Sequence record: SRR20825006_218
Strand: one strand, 5' to 3'
Length of the DNA stretch: 42,120 nucleotides
The notes under the pieces were generated by a model, which was not told the DNA's origin, did not search any database, and saw only the letters and a list, made by a program, of their open reading frames with translations. Numbering within the stretch: the first letter of the stretch is position 1; the number at the start of each line of letters is the position of its first letter. The translations under genes were made by a program, and so were the position numbers. Positions 10,083 through 19,295 of this stretch are shown here, in pieces.

Positions 10083-10997
10083 ATGGAAACGATAATAGCA
10101 CCTATAGATAAAAGTGTTCTTTTGCAAGAACTAAATTCTAACCGATTTCTTAGAAAAACGCGCAAAGGAGACAATGAAATTTACTGCGTGAATGTACATA
10201 ACTCACCAAATGTCCTCAAAGAAATTGGTCGACTGAGAGAAGTTACTTTTCGGGCTTCAGGTGGAGGAACAGGACTTTCCATGGATTTGGATGATTTCGA
10301 CACTTCAGAAAATTGCTACCAACAACTGATTGTTTGGTCGCCAGAAGATCAGGAAATTATTGGTGGATATCGCTTTATCCTTTGCAAAAACTCCATTTCT
10401 TCAACGGGAGAAATTGAATTGTCTACGAGTCATTATTTTGATTTTACGGAGAAGTTCGTCACAGATTACTTACCAAATACCATCGAATTAGGAAGAAGTT
10501 GGGTTCAACCAAATTTCCAACCATCCGTGAATCCAAGAAAAGGTCTTTTTGCGCTTGACAATATTTGGGATGGATTGGGTGCCGTTGTAAAAAATTATAA
10601 TGACATCAATTACTTTTTTGGAAAAGTGACGATGTATCCGAGCTACAATAAAGAATCGCGTGATTTCCTCCTTCATTTCATGCATCATTTTTTTCCAGAT
10701 AAAGAACAGTTAATGAAGCCGTTTCACCCACTTCAAGGAACACCAAACACGGAAGAATACTCGAAGTTGCTCAGTGGTCTCGACTTTAAGGAAGGGTTCA
10801 AAGTGTTGAATTCATTTGTCAGAGAGCGCGGAGAATTCGTTCCACCACTCGTAAATATCTACATGCATCTTTCACCAAGCATGAAAACGTTTGGAACAGC
10901 TGTAAATCCTGAATTTGGAAATGTCGAAGAAACAGGAATCTTAGTTACGCTAGATGATATCTACGAAGAGAAAAAGGAGCGACACATGAACTATTAG
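10083..10997 (+). CDS. GNAT-family N-acyltransferase (GlsB/OlsB-like amino-lipid synthase)
   Basis: EIGRLREVTFR..GGGTG, DLDDFD, IIGGYR, IELGRSWV, VPPLVNIY; 4 nt downstream of the acyltransferase. Confidence 0.88.
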   Translation: METIIAPIDKSVLLQELNSNRFLRKTRKGDNEIYCVNVHNSPNVLKEIGRLREVTFRASGGGTGLSMDLDDFDTSENCYQQLIVWSPEDQEIIGGYRFILCKNSISSTGEIELSTSHYFDFTEKFVTDYLPNTIELGRSWVQPNFQPSVNPRKGLFALDNIWDGLGAVVKNYNDINYFFGKVTMYPSYNKESRDFLLHFMHHFFPDKEQLMKPFHPLQGTPNTEEYSKLLSGLDFKEGFKVLNSFVRERGEFVPPLVNIYMHLSPSMKTFGTAVNPEFGNVEETGILVTLDDIYEEKKERHMNY

Positions 10998-11045
10998 GTT
11001 GAATTCGACACCTATTTTCAAGGTTAAAATTCAGTAAACTCGGTC

Positions 11046-11687
11046 TCATCGGGCGATTCTATATTTTGATGGATCACTTTCCTTTGTATCCTTAGGCAAC
11101 TCTCGAACGAGCCCAAAATTAAATCCTGCAACTAACTTAATGTAATTTTGACTTCCGTTCATATTCCCTTCTAAAGCAAGGTTCACCCCAATAAATTCAC
11201 CTGTTAAAAACGACAAATCTGCGCGATAGGTAAAACCAAAGATATCTCTAGTAGAAACATTATATATAAAATATTTTGTCCCAGTTCCCATTGATGAGGA
11301 TTGCCCTTGGACTATTTTTATATCCGTATATTCTGTGAATCTCCCGTAAGAAGGACCTATTTTAAGACACCACTCCGCTCCACTTAGTGTCCGTGTTGTC
11401 ATTCCAAAGGTCCATGAATAATTTTCCAAGTTGTTCTTTAATTGATAGTGTTCTGAACTAAACCATCCTTTTGGGACAGTATAACTCGGCCCTGTAGGGA
11501 AACTTGAATTTGAAAAAAGTAGTGAACTTGAGTAATTATCGAACGCATGAACGGTTAAACCGAGATTCAATTGGCGAACAAAACCATAACCAACTTGAAA
11601 ATACATTCTGTTCACTATATTTTGCGAAAAACAAGTACCAAAAAATCCAGAGAACACAAGAACCGATAAAAGTTTAACCTTCATCAA
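11046..11687 (-). CDS. Hypothetical exported protein, probable small outer-membrane beta-barrel
   Basis: Signal peptide; alternating aromatic/Gly beta-strand pattern, near-terminal AGFNFG. Confidence 0.65.
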   Translation of the reverse strand: MMKVKLLSVLVFSGFFGTCFSQNIVNRMYFQVGYGFVRQLNLGLTVHAFDNYSSSLLFSNSSFPTGPSYTVPKGWFSSEHYQLKNNLENYSWTFGMTTRTLSGAEWCLKIGPSYGRFTEYTDIKIVQGQSSSMGTGTKYFIYNVSTRDIFGFTYRADLSFLTGEFIGVNLALEGNMNGSQNYIKLVAGFNFGLVRELPKDTKESDPSKYRIAR

Positions 11688-11748
11688 ATGAATTTACGAA
11701 GTTTTACTCGATTAAAAATCAAACGGTCAATACAAAAAATCGAATTGG

Positions 11749-12243
11749 TTAATGCTCGTGGTGCTCTTCAGAGTCCTCCGTCATGAGTGATTTAAACCAA
11801 TGCTCAAGGGTTTCTTTTTGCTCAGCAGATAACTTCGCATCGCCGTGAGTCCATGTATACGAAGATAATGGCATTTCACCTTCCTCGACTTCCTCGGCAC
11901 ACTCATCCAATTTGTGATTTCTCTTTCCTTCAGGATAGTTTCCCCAATCCGAAAAATTCAGGTGTTCTCTTCCTTCTTCAATGTGATCGGCTAAAAACCA
12001 CGAAACTGGTGCAACATTAGAATACCAAGGATACTTAGTTTCGTGTGAATGACAATCGTAACATGCATTCTCGATCAACGTTTTCACTTCATCAGAAGGT
12101 TTGTGAATTTCCAAGAAATCAAGTTCCGCAACAATTGGCGGATTCGTTTTATCAATTCTAAAGAACTGCATTATAAGAAAAACTGCCAATAGTCCAATTA
12201 GTATCTTCTTTCCTATTTTACGCTTTTTTGTTGCCATGATCAA
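11749..12243 (-). CDS. Haem-binding domain protein (monohaem cytochrome c, Haem_bd family)
   Basis: N-terminal anchor, ACYDCHS (CxxCH), YPWYS.VAPVSW, LNFSDW, EMPLSSY. Confidence 0.9.
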   Translation of the reverse strand: MIMATKKRKIGKKILIGLLAVFLIMQFFRIDKTNPPIVAELDFLEIHKPSDEVKTLIENACYDCHSHETKYPWYSNVAPVSWFLADHIEEGREHLNFSDWGNYPEGKRNHKLDECAEEVEEGEMPLSSYTWTHGDAKLSAEQKETLEHWFKSLMTEDSEEHHEH

Positions 12244-12335
12244 TGATTTGAGACGAATCTAGTAATTATTCAGAAAAAAGCACCCTCTATTACCCGAACT
12301 ATTTGTTCAACCATACAAAATACTAACCTCTTAAA

Positions 12336-12704
12336 TCAAACTCCCGCCTTTTGAAAAATAACCTGAAGCTCTTTGTCTATCGGAAACGGTTTCATTGGTG
12401 GGACATTTGCTCCTCCTGGATTACCAACAGGAACTTTTCCAACGAAAGATTTAACTCCCCCAACGATCAATCGAGGAAGTTGCCCGAAAATTTCTTTTCC
12501 ACTCTTAATTTTGAATCCAAACTGCAACATTTTCCAATGCACATACGTGTGTGCGAATGGATATTTCTGACCAATAATGTGCGCTCTTTCCAGATGATTC
12601 CATGCTAGAGAGAGGTTTTCACTTTGCAACTCATTTCTGTACTTGTCAAGTTCCTCCTCAAAATATGGTTTGAGCGATTTTGGTATGGAAGTATATAGTT
12701 TCAT
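12336..12704 (-). CDS. DUF3703 domain protein
   Basis: AWNHLERAHIIGQ, H..VHWKML, P.GNPGGANV signature. Confidence 0.85.
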   Translation of the reverse strand: MKLYTSIPKSLKPYFEEELDKYRNELQSENLSLAWNHLERAHIIGQKYPFAHTYVHWKMLQFGFKIKSGKEIFGQLPRLIVGGVKSFVGKVPVGNPGGANVPPMKPFPIDKELQVIFQKAGV

Positions 12705-12843
12705 TGGTGTACTTTTTAATAAATGTACAATTTAAGAGAGTCAATTAGTGAGAGTTCAATAACAAATTTCGCTTTTTACCATCAGTCATCCAAAATTTAT
12801 GTACTTCACTCTTAAACAAGTCGAATTGGAAATTTCTGACAAC

Positions 12844-12875
12844 AAAAAAGGCATTCAACTCAATGAACACCTTTT
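12844..12875 (-). terminator. Intrinsic terminator of the ECF sigma gene
   Basis: Minus strand AAAAGGTGTTCA-ttgagt-TGAATGCCTTTTTT; the G-U pairs form only on the minus strand. Confidence 0.7.
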
Positions 12876-12897
12876 GAACTTAACGTTCAACCGAAAT

Positions 12898-13494
12898 TTA
12901 AAAATGTGTCACCATTTGGTGTTTATCAATCATTTTTCTCAGATTGATCAGTGCGTATCTCATTCTTCCGAGAGCAGTATTGATACTAATCCCTTCTTCG
13001 TCTGCAATATCCTTAAAGGACATTTCTTTAAAAATTCGTTTTTTGAGAATCTCTTTTTGGGAATCTGGAAGAAACTCAACGAGGTCAATCATTTGTTGCT
13101 CCAACTCAATGCGCGTCATCGACTCTTGCACATTTTCCTCTTCTAACTTAATCGTATGGAATACGTTGTAATCCTCTCGTTGAGAAGAAGACTCTGAAAT
13201 CATCCGTACTTTTGAGTTCTTTCTGAAAAAATCGATAATTAAATTGTGTGCAATTCTCATCGCCCAAGGAAGAAATTTCCCTTCTTCATTATACGCCCCT
13301 GCTTTCAGCGTGTTGACGATTTTAATAAAAGTATCCTGAAAAATATCCTGCGCTAATGCCGTATCTCTTACTTTTAAATAAATGAAACGGTATATTTTAT
13401 CCTTATGACGCATTAAAAGCACCTCAAAGGCCTTTTCACTCCCACCAACATATGCACTTACCAGCGCGCGATCTTCGAAATTATTCATAGCCAT
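12898..13494 (-). CDS. ECF RNA polymerase sigma factor (conserved Bacteroidota type, divergent from uvrA)
   Basis: Region 2 DIFQDTFIK...YNEEGKFLPW..RIAHN; region 4 MSFKDIA...SINTALGRMRYAL. Confidence 0.93.
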   Translation of the reverse strand: MAMNNFEDRALVSAYVGGSEKAFEVLLMRHKDKIYRFIYLKVRDTALAQDIFQDTFIKIVNTLKAGAYNEEGKFLPWAMRIAHNLIIDFFRKNSKVRMISESSSQREDYNVFHTIKLEEENVQESMTRIELEQQMIDLVEFLPDSQKEILKKRIFKEMSFKDIADEEGISINTALGRMRYALINLRKMIDKHQMVTHF

Positions 13495-13665
13495 AGCTTA
13501 CCGTTTAGTAGTTTAACAAAAATCAAACTGTGTTTTAAGGGTAAAAATGTGCTATAGGCGCGTCGTTTTTTTTATGAATTGAAAGACTAAACTATGGAAA
13601 GTAAATCAATAATCAAAACATTTTAAAAGTATTTTTCTTCTTCCTGATATTTGCGCGAGTGTTCG

Positions 13666-13673
13666 TATCTTTG
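13666..13673 (+). promoter_or_regulatory. -7 box TATCTTTG for uvrA
   Basis: Exact TAnnTTTG; supports a start at TTG 13699 rather than 13651. Confidence 0.55.
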
Positions 13674-13698
13674 GATTGCACTAAAAAAATGTTCCATT

Positions 13699-16497
13699 TT
13701 GAAGCAAAAATTCATCGAAATCAAAGGCGCTCGGGTTCACAACCTAAAAAATATTGACGTTAAAATTCCACACGGAAAATTTACCGTAATTACAGGGTTG
13801 TCCGGATCTGGAAAATCTTCCCTAGCCTTTGATACGCTTTATGCAGAAGGGCAACGTCGTTACATCGAGAGTTTGTCTTCGTATGCGCGCCAATTCTTAG
13901 GGAAACTCAATAAACCAGAAGCTGATTATATAAAAGGTATCGCTCCAGCTATTGCTATCGAGCAAAAAGTATCTTCCACAAATCCAAGATCAACGGTTGG
14001 AACAAGCACCGAGATTTACGATTATTTAAAAGTTCTTTTCTCCCGAATTGGAAAAACGATTTCGCCAATTTCTGGCAACGAGGTGAAAAAACATGATGTT
14101 TCTGATGTTGTCGACTTTTTACGAAGTAAAGAATCTGGAGAAAAATGCCTCATCCTCTGCCCTCTTTCTGGCTTCAAAAAATATGGAACTGAGCGACAAA
14201 TTGAAATATTAAAGCAACAAGGATATGTTCGCCTTTTCTTAAATGGTGATTTTTTGGTGATTGATGAAATCATCGTTAATCCTCCAAAAGGAATTGAGGA
14301 CGCTTTTTTGGTGATTGACAGAATTAGCATCGATTTTTCTGATGAGGATGCGGTTTCACGTTATGGAGATTCTATTTCACTCGCCTTTGCAGAAGGAAAT
14401 GGAAATTGTACCATTCTTTCAATGAAGGACGAATCTTTCCAGAATTTCTCGAATAGATTTGAATTGGACGGTCAAGAATTTCAAGAACCAAATGAACACT
14501 TTTTTACATTCAACAATCCTTTTGGAGCTTGTAAATCGTGCGAAGGTTTTGGCCAAGTAATTGGAATTGATCCCAAATTGGTAATTCCCAATAAAGACTT
14601 AAGTGTTTTTGAAGGCGCCATACTTCCATGGAAGGGTGAAACGATGAGTAAATACCGCGATCAGTTTATCGATCAAGCGGGAGATAAAGGATTTCCCATT
14701 CATCGAGCAATTTCTGAACTAACGGAGGAAGAATTGGACCTTCTCTGGAATGGTGCTCGCGGAGTAAAAGGAATCAACAACTTCTTTTCCTTCGTAGAAA
14801 GTAAATCCTATAAGATTCAATACCGTGTAATGCTTTCGCGTTACCGTGGAAAAACGCTTTGTCCAGAATGCCGCGGAACGAAACTTAGAGGCGATGCAAA
14901 CTATGTCAAAATCGCTGGTAAATCGATCTCCGATGTTGTTTTGATGCCCGTTAACCAAGGATTACAATTTTTCTCGGAACTCACCGTAAATGAACACGAT
15001 ACGCAAATTACGAAGCGTATTTTACCAGAAATCACAACCCGACTTCAATTCTTGGATGAAGTTGGACTCGGATATTTGACCCTGAATCGCCAATCGAATA
15101 GTCTTTCGGGAGGAGAATCACAGCGAATCAACCTAGCAACATCACTGGGCAGTAGCTTAGTGGGATCGATGTATATTTTGGACGAACCTTCTATTGGACT
15201 TCACCCTAAAGATACAGAACGTTTGATCTCCGTTTTAAAGTCTTTGCGAGACCTCGGGAATACTGTGATTGTCGTAGAACACGAGGAAGATATTATGAAA
15301 GCCGCGGATGAAATCATTGATATTGGTCCAGAAGCAGGTATTTTTGGAGGAGAAATTGTGTTTCAAGGAACGCACGACCAACTTATTGGCGCAAAGAATA
15401 GTTTAACAGCAGCATATTTGACTGGCGAACTAGAAATCCCAGTTCCCAAGCGAAGAAGAGCTTCTAAAAACAAACTCGTAATCAGCGGTGCAAGACATCA
15501 TAACTTAAAGAACTTAAACGTAGAATTCCCTTTGCACAGCTTGGTTTGTGTAACTGGAGTAAGCGGGTCAGGAAAATCAACCCTTGTAACGGATATTTTG
15601 CTCCCAGCGGTTAAAAAGGAGCTTGGGATTTATGGCGATTCAATCGGTGAATTTAGTGGGCTGAGTGGAGATTTTAAAATGGTGAAAGCTGTTGAATTTG
15701 TGGACCAAAACCCAATTGGAAAGTCATCTCGAAGTAACCCAATCACGTACGTTAAGGCTTTCGATGACATCCGAGATCTTTTCACGAAACAACCGTTGGC
15801 CAAAAGTAGAAACTACAAACCTGGATTTTTCAGTTTTAATGTAGATGGCGGACGTTGCGAAGTGTGCGAAGGAGAAGGAGAAATTACAGTCGGGATGCAG
15901 TTTATGGCAGATATCCACTTGCCTTGCGATCAATGCAATGGCTCGAGATACAAAGCAGAAACGTTAGACATATTGTATCGCGACAAATCGATTGCTGATA
16001 TCCTGGAAATGGACGTTGCAACAGCTTACGCCTTTTTCCAAGAAGGAGATTCCAGAATCGAAGAGAAAATTGTTGTGAAAATTGAACCCCTCGTGAATGT
16101 TGGACTTGGATACTTAAAACTTGGTCAAGCGTCAAGCACACTTAGTGGTGGAGAAGCACAGCGGATCAAACTAGCCTCTTTTCTAGCAAAAGGAACAAGC
16201 GCTCCTCCGACATTATTTATCTTCGATGAACCCACAACCGGACTCCATTTCCATGATGTAAACAAGCTAATTATTGCATTCAATGCCTTAATCGACGCTG
16301 GACATTCGATTATTGTCATCGAACACAACTTAGATGTTATTAAATGCGCGGATCACATAATTGATATAGGTCCCGAAGGAGGTTCGGCAGGAGGAAACAT
16401 TGTTTTCACTGGTACTCCAGAGGAACTAGCGAAATTTGAGGGTGGTTATACAGGTCAATATTTAAAAGAAAAAATAGTTGCCGTGTTAACCAATTGA
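13699..16497 (+). CDS. uvrA: Excinuclease ABC subunit A
   Basis: GARVHNLKN, two Walker A motifs (GLSGSGKS, GVSGSGKS), LSGGE signatures, CxxC zinc fingers, DEP Walker B. Confidence 0.98.
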   Translation: MKQKFIEIKGARVHNLKNIDVKIPHGKFTVITGLSGSGKSSLAFDTLYAEGQRRYIESLSSYARQFLGKLNKPEADYIKGIAPAIAIEQKVSSTNPRSTVGTSTEIYDYLKVLFSRIGKTISPISGNEVKKHDVSDVVDFLRSKESGEKCLILCPLSGFKKYGTERQIEILKQQGYVRLFLNGDFLVIDEIIVNPPKGIEDAFLVIDRISIDFSDEDAVSRYGDSISLAFAEGNGNCTILSMKDESFQNFSNRFELDGQEFQEPNEHFFTFNNPFGACKSCEGFGQVIGIDPKLVIPNKDLSVFEGAILPWKGETMSKYRDQFIDQAGDKGFPIHRAISELTEEELDLLWNGARGVKGINNFFSFVESKSYKIQYRVMLSRYRGKTLCPECRGTKLRGDANYVKIAGKSISDVVLMPVNQGLQFFSELTVNEHDTQITKRILPEITTRLQFLDEVGLGYLTLNRQSNSLSGGESQRINLATSLGSSLVGSMYILDEPSIGLHPKDTERLISVLKSLRDLGNTVIVVEHEEDIMKAADEIIDIGPEAGIFGGEIVFQGTHDQLIGAKNSLTAAYLTGELEIPVPKRRRASKNKLVISGARHHNLKNLNVEFPLHSLVCVTGVSGSGKSTLVTDILLPAVKKELGIYGDSIGEFSGLSGDFKMVKAVEFVDQNPIGKSSRSNPITYVKAFDDIRDLFTKQPLAKSRNYKPGFFSFNVDGGRCEVCEGEGEITVGMQFMADIHLPCDQCNGSRYKAETLDILYRDKSIADILEMDVATAYAFFQEGDSRIEEKIVVKIEPLVNVGLGYLKLGQASSTLSGGEAQRIKLASFLAKGTSAPPTLFIFDEPTTGLHFHDVNKLIIAFNALIDAGHSIIVIEHNLDVIKCADHIIDIGPEGGSAGGNIVFTGTPEELAKFEGGYTGQYLKEKIVAVLTN

Positions 16498-16550
16498 TTA
16501 TCAGATTTAATATTTTCTTGCTAAAAATGTTAATTATTGAAATTTACGAT

Positions 16551-16558
16551 TACCTTTG
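16551..16558 (+). promoter_or_regulatory. -7 box TACCTTTG for the cold-shock gene
   Basis: Exact TAnnTTTG 23 nt upstream of ATG 16582. Confidence 0.6.
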
Positions 16559-16581
16559 TCCTTTATATTTACAATTATACA

Positions 16582-16773
16582 ATGAAAAAAGGAACAGTAA
16601 AGTTTTTCAACGAATCTAAAGGATTTGGATTTATCGTTGAAGAAGGATCAGGACAAGAGTACTTCGTACACGTAACTGGATTAATTGACGAAATTCGTGA
16701 CGGCGACACAGTTGAATTCGAATTGAAAGAAGGTAGAAAAGGATTGAATGCAGTAGACGTTAAAGTCGCTTAA
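16582..16773 (+). CDS. Cold-shock protein (CspA family)
   Basis: MKKGTVKFFNESKGFGFI (RNP1), YFVHVT (RNP2); 63 aa from ATG 16582. Confidence 0.97.
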   Translation: MKKGTVKFFNESKGFGFIVEEGSGQEYFVHVTGLIDEIRDGDTVEFELKEGRKGLNAVDVKVA

Positions 16774-16797
16774 GATATATCATTATTACTTTTTTGC

Positions 16798-16832
16798 AGC
16801 CCGTTTATCTTAGATAAGCGGGCTTTTTTTTT
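16798..16832 (+). terminator. Rho-independent terminator of csp
   Basis: AGCCCGTTTATC-tta-GATAAGCGGGCT followed by a T-run. Confidence 0.9.
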
Positions 16833-16868
16833 GTGGTTATAATTGTGAATATTGTCGAGTCCCGAGTC

Positions 16869-16891
16869 ATCACGGATTGGAAATCCGTGAT
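16869..16891. repeat. REP-like palindrome ATCACGGATT-GGA-AATCCGTGAT
   Basis: Perfect 10-bp stem, no U-tract; followed by a GATAACAGA direct repeat (16889-16897, 16899-16907). Confidence 0.6.
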
Positions 16892-16998
16892 AACAGACGA
16901 TAACAGAACAAAACAACAATATGAAATGAAACCACATCTTCACCGTCTAAACGCATATATAGACCATCATAGAATGAAGTAATTTTTATCTTACGAGC

Positions 16999-18123
16999 AT
17001 GAAGTGGACCTCGAGCATTGCTTTTCTACTAATTCAACTGAGTTTGTTTGGACAGCCAACGGATAGCACTCAGGCGATTTCGGATGCCGACACTTCTAAT
17101 TCGCGTTCCATCATCCCACTTCCTATTGCGTTTTATCTTCCAGAAACACGATTGGGCTTTGGCGGGTTGGTGAACTTCTCCTATACATCCGGGAAATCTT
17201 ATGCCATTCGCCAAAAAACAAATCCTTCTAGCATACAATTGGGGGGAGCATACACACTAAACAAACAAGTCCTTCTTTATCTATCATACAAAGTATTTTC
17301 TAAAGAAAACAACTATTATGGTTTCGGAGAAGCAGGATATTACGTTTACAACTACAATTTCTACGGTGTTGGGAATTTTGTTGATGGGCATGAAGAAATT
17401 TACGATGTAAACTACCCGCGAATACAACTCAATTTTCTCCGAAGAATAGCTCGAAATACTCCGAAGAAAGTAAGCCACTATTTAGGTCCAAGATACTGGT
17501 TTGAAAAATACAAGATTCAACAACTAGATTCTACGGGACTTCTTTTTAATGAAAATATTCTCGGAATTAAGGACAATACAACCAGTGCTCTTGGCGTCGT
17601 TTATTTTATCGACTCCCGTGACAATGTTTTCTTTCCTTCAAAGGGAATCACAGGAGAAATGAGCTTTCAGTATGATCATCCATCCTGGGGAAGTAATTAC
17701 AAATTTGCTCGTGTTGCAACAGATGTGAGTTGGTACCATCAATTTAAATGGAGAGATATTATCGCTACGAATGTTTATGGTTCTCTCATTTTTGGTGATG
17801 CTCCCTTTAGTAAATTATCCCTACTTGGAGGAACAAAACGAATGCGCGGATATTATGAAGGTCGCTACCGAGATGACAATTCCCTTGTTCTTCAATCAGC
17901 ATATCGTAAACATCTGTTTTGGAGAATTGGAGCAGAAGCTTTTGCCTCAGTAGGATCTGTTTTTCCTCAAGATGATTTTAGTCAACTTACAAAGGTAAGG
18001 TTCGCTGGCGGAATGGGACTGAGAGTGTTACTGGACAAAGAGCGAAAAATAAATTTACGGATTGATTATGGATTTGGCTATAAATCGAGCGGGCTCTATG
18101 TCACACTTGGTGAAGCTTTTTAA
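16999..18123 (+). CDS. Omp85/BamA-TamA family outer-membrane barrel lacking POTRA domains
   Basis: Signal peptide, P..FY.PET..GFG, DSRDNVFFPSKG, LGG...MRGYYEGRYRD (VRGY-like), C-terminal LGEAF. Confidence 0.88.
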   Translation: MKWTSSIAFLLIQLSLFGQPTDSTQAISDADTSNSRSIIPLPIAFYLPETRLGFGGLVNFSYTSGKSYAIRQKTNPSSIQLGGAYTLNKQVLLYLSYKVFSKENNYYGFGEAGYYVYNYNFYGVGNFVDGHEEIYDVNYPRIQLNFLRRIARNTPKKVSHYLGPRYWFEKYKIQQLDSTGLLFNENILGIKDNTTSALGVVYFIDSRDNVFFPSKGITGEMSFQYDHPSWGSNYKFARVATDVSWYHQFKWRDIIATNVYGSLIFGDAPFSKLSLLGGTKRMRGYYEGRYRDDNSLVLQSAYRKHLFWRIGAEAFASVGSVFPQDDFSQLTKVRFAGGMGLRVLLDKERKINLRIDYGFGYKSSGLYVTLGEAF

Positions 18124-18201
18124 ACAATCAAAGTTGAAATGTTCTATTGATTAGATCATTCTAACAACTACATTACACAAATTAAGGAAAAATAAATTCA
18201 C

Positions 18202-18229
18202 AAAAAAAGCGATCATTTCTGATCGCTTT
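18202..18229. terminator. Bidirectional terminator between convergent genes
   Basis: AAAGCGATCA-tttc-TGATCGCTTT with a 7-A run on the left. Confidence 0.8.
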
Positions 18230-18250
18230 AATTCTTATCGTTAAGATAAA

Positions 18251-18664
18251 TTACTTTTTCTCGTATTTGATAATGTCTCCATCAGTATCTTTCAACCACA
18301 TTTCGTCATTAGACAAACGAACAATTGTAGAACGCTCGATATCAGTAGATCCAAAGAAAGTGAAAGTCAATTCCAATTGCTCTTTATCTGAAGCGAAATC
18401 CCAACTTCCATTCAAAGAAAAGTTTCCTCCTGGATCGTTAGAATTAATAATCGCTGTTCCATCTTTTGTCAATTCTAATGTTGCTGGATCACTATCCGCA
18501 GTCACAGTTCCGTCGCTTTCTACGTACTCTTTAGCATCCCAAACACCAGTTACACGTGCTTTCTTAGTACGCAAGCTAAATCCTGGTCCTTCTTCATACT
18601 TACCACAAGACGCTACTGAAAGTACCGTTACTGCAGCCAAAATAAATCCAATTGTTTTTTTCAT
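18251..18664 (-). CDS. Lipocalin-like lipoprotein
   Basis: Lipobox VASC, KYEEGP..SLR.KK.R..G.W, G.W beta-barrel pattern, IVRLSNDEMWL. Confidence 0.8.
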   Translation of the reverse strand: MKKTIGFILAAVTVLSVASCGKYEEGPGFSLRTKKARVTGVWDAKEYVESDGTVTADSDPATLELTKDGTAIINSNDPGGNFSLNGSWDFASDKEQLELTFTFFGSTDIERSTIVRLSNDEMWLKDTDGDIIKYEKK

Positions 18665-18840
18665 TTTTTTAGGTTTTGTATTGATGTGCCGAATTTATGA
18701 ACTAAAAACCAATAAATCTCTAGATTTAACAATAATATAAGGTTTCAATCATATTTTAGGGAATCTCTCAATTTGCCATTTAGAGAAATATATTGGTGAA
18801 TTTCTTCTGATAAATGTCGTAAGCTTATGTAAATCAACGG

Positions 18841-18868
18841 AAAAAGTCCCTCATTGCTGAAGGACTTT
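18841..18868 (-). terminator. Intrinsic terminator (GCAA tetraloop)
   Basis: Minus strand AAAGTCCTTCA-GCAA-TGAGGGACTTTTT. Confidence 0.75.
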
Positions 18869-19034
18869 CCTAGTTAACACCTCACTAAAACTATACATTA
18901 GTTAGGAAAACGCGTGTGAAACGCCCAATTGTTTTCCCAGAATAAAATTAAGTAATATTATTGACTAATCGCGATGAATATCAATTTTCAACCTATAAAC
19001 AGGTCTTTTTTAAAGACTAAACTAAAGAATCTTT

Positions 19035-19295
19035 TTAGTTGGACTCACTTTCCAAACGATATTTGACCTCTAACCATCCGCCACCATTATCGCAGTCAAG
19101 TCCCTTACCTTGAAAATAAGCCGTTGCTTGACCACTTCTTCCACCGCTTAAACAACAAAACAAAATTGGCTCTGGCAAAGCAATTACCTCAGACTCTCTT
19201 TCAACAACCTCATTAAGAGGAATATTGATTGATCCAGGAACATGCCCTTGCTCATATTCAACTTGCGTTCTAACGTCTACTACGGTATATTTCAT
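19035..19295 (-). CDS. Rhodanese-like domain protein (single domain)
   Basis: VVDVRT..EY..GHVPGSINIPL and active-site loop CLSGGRS. Confidence 0.93.
   Translation of the reverse strand: MKYTVVDVRTQVEYEQGHVPGSINIPLNEVVERESEVIALPEPILFCCLSGGRSGQATAYFQGKGLDCDNGGGWLEVKYRLESESN

Noticed and set aside
12799-13171. Plus-strand ORFs of 115 aa and 75 aa overlapping the ECF sigma
   Set aside because: Antisense to a well-conserved gene and crossing its terminator
13651-13698. N-terminal extension of UvrA in the ORF track (similar cases at 9109-9138, 9188-9259 and 16537-16581)
   Set aside because: These extensions overlap TAnnTTTG promoter boxes and lack family similarity; downstream starts are more plausible
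18267-18740. 157-aa plus-strand ORF opposite the lipocalin lipoprotein
   Set aside because: Ser/Val-rich antisense shadow; the minus-strand ORF has a lipobox and family motifs
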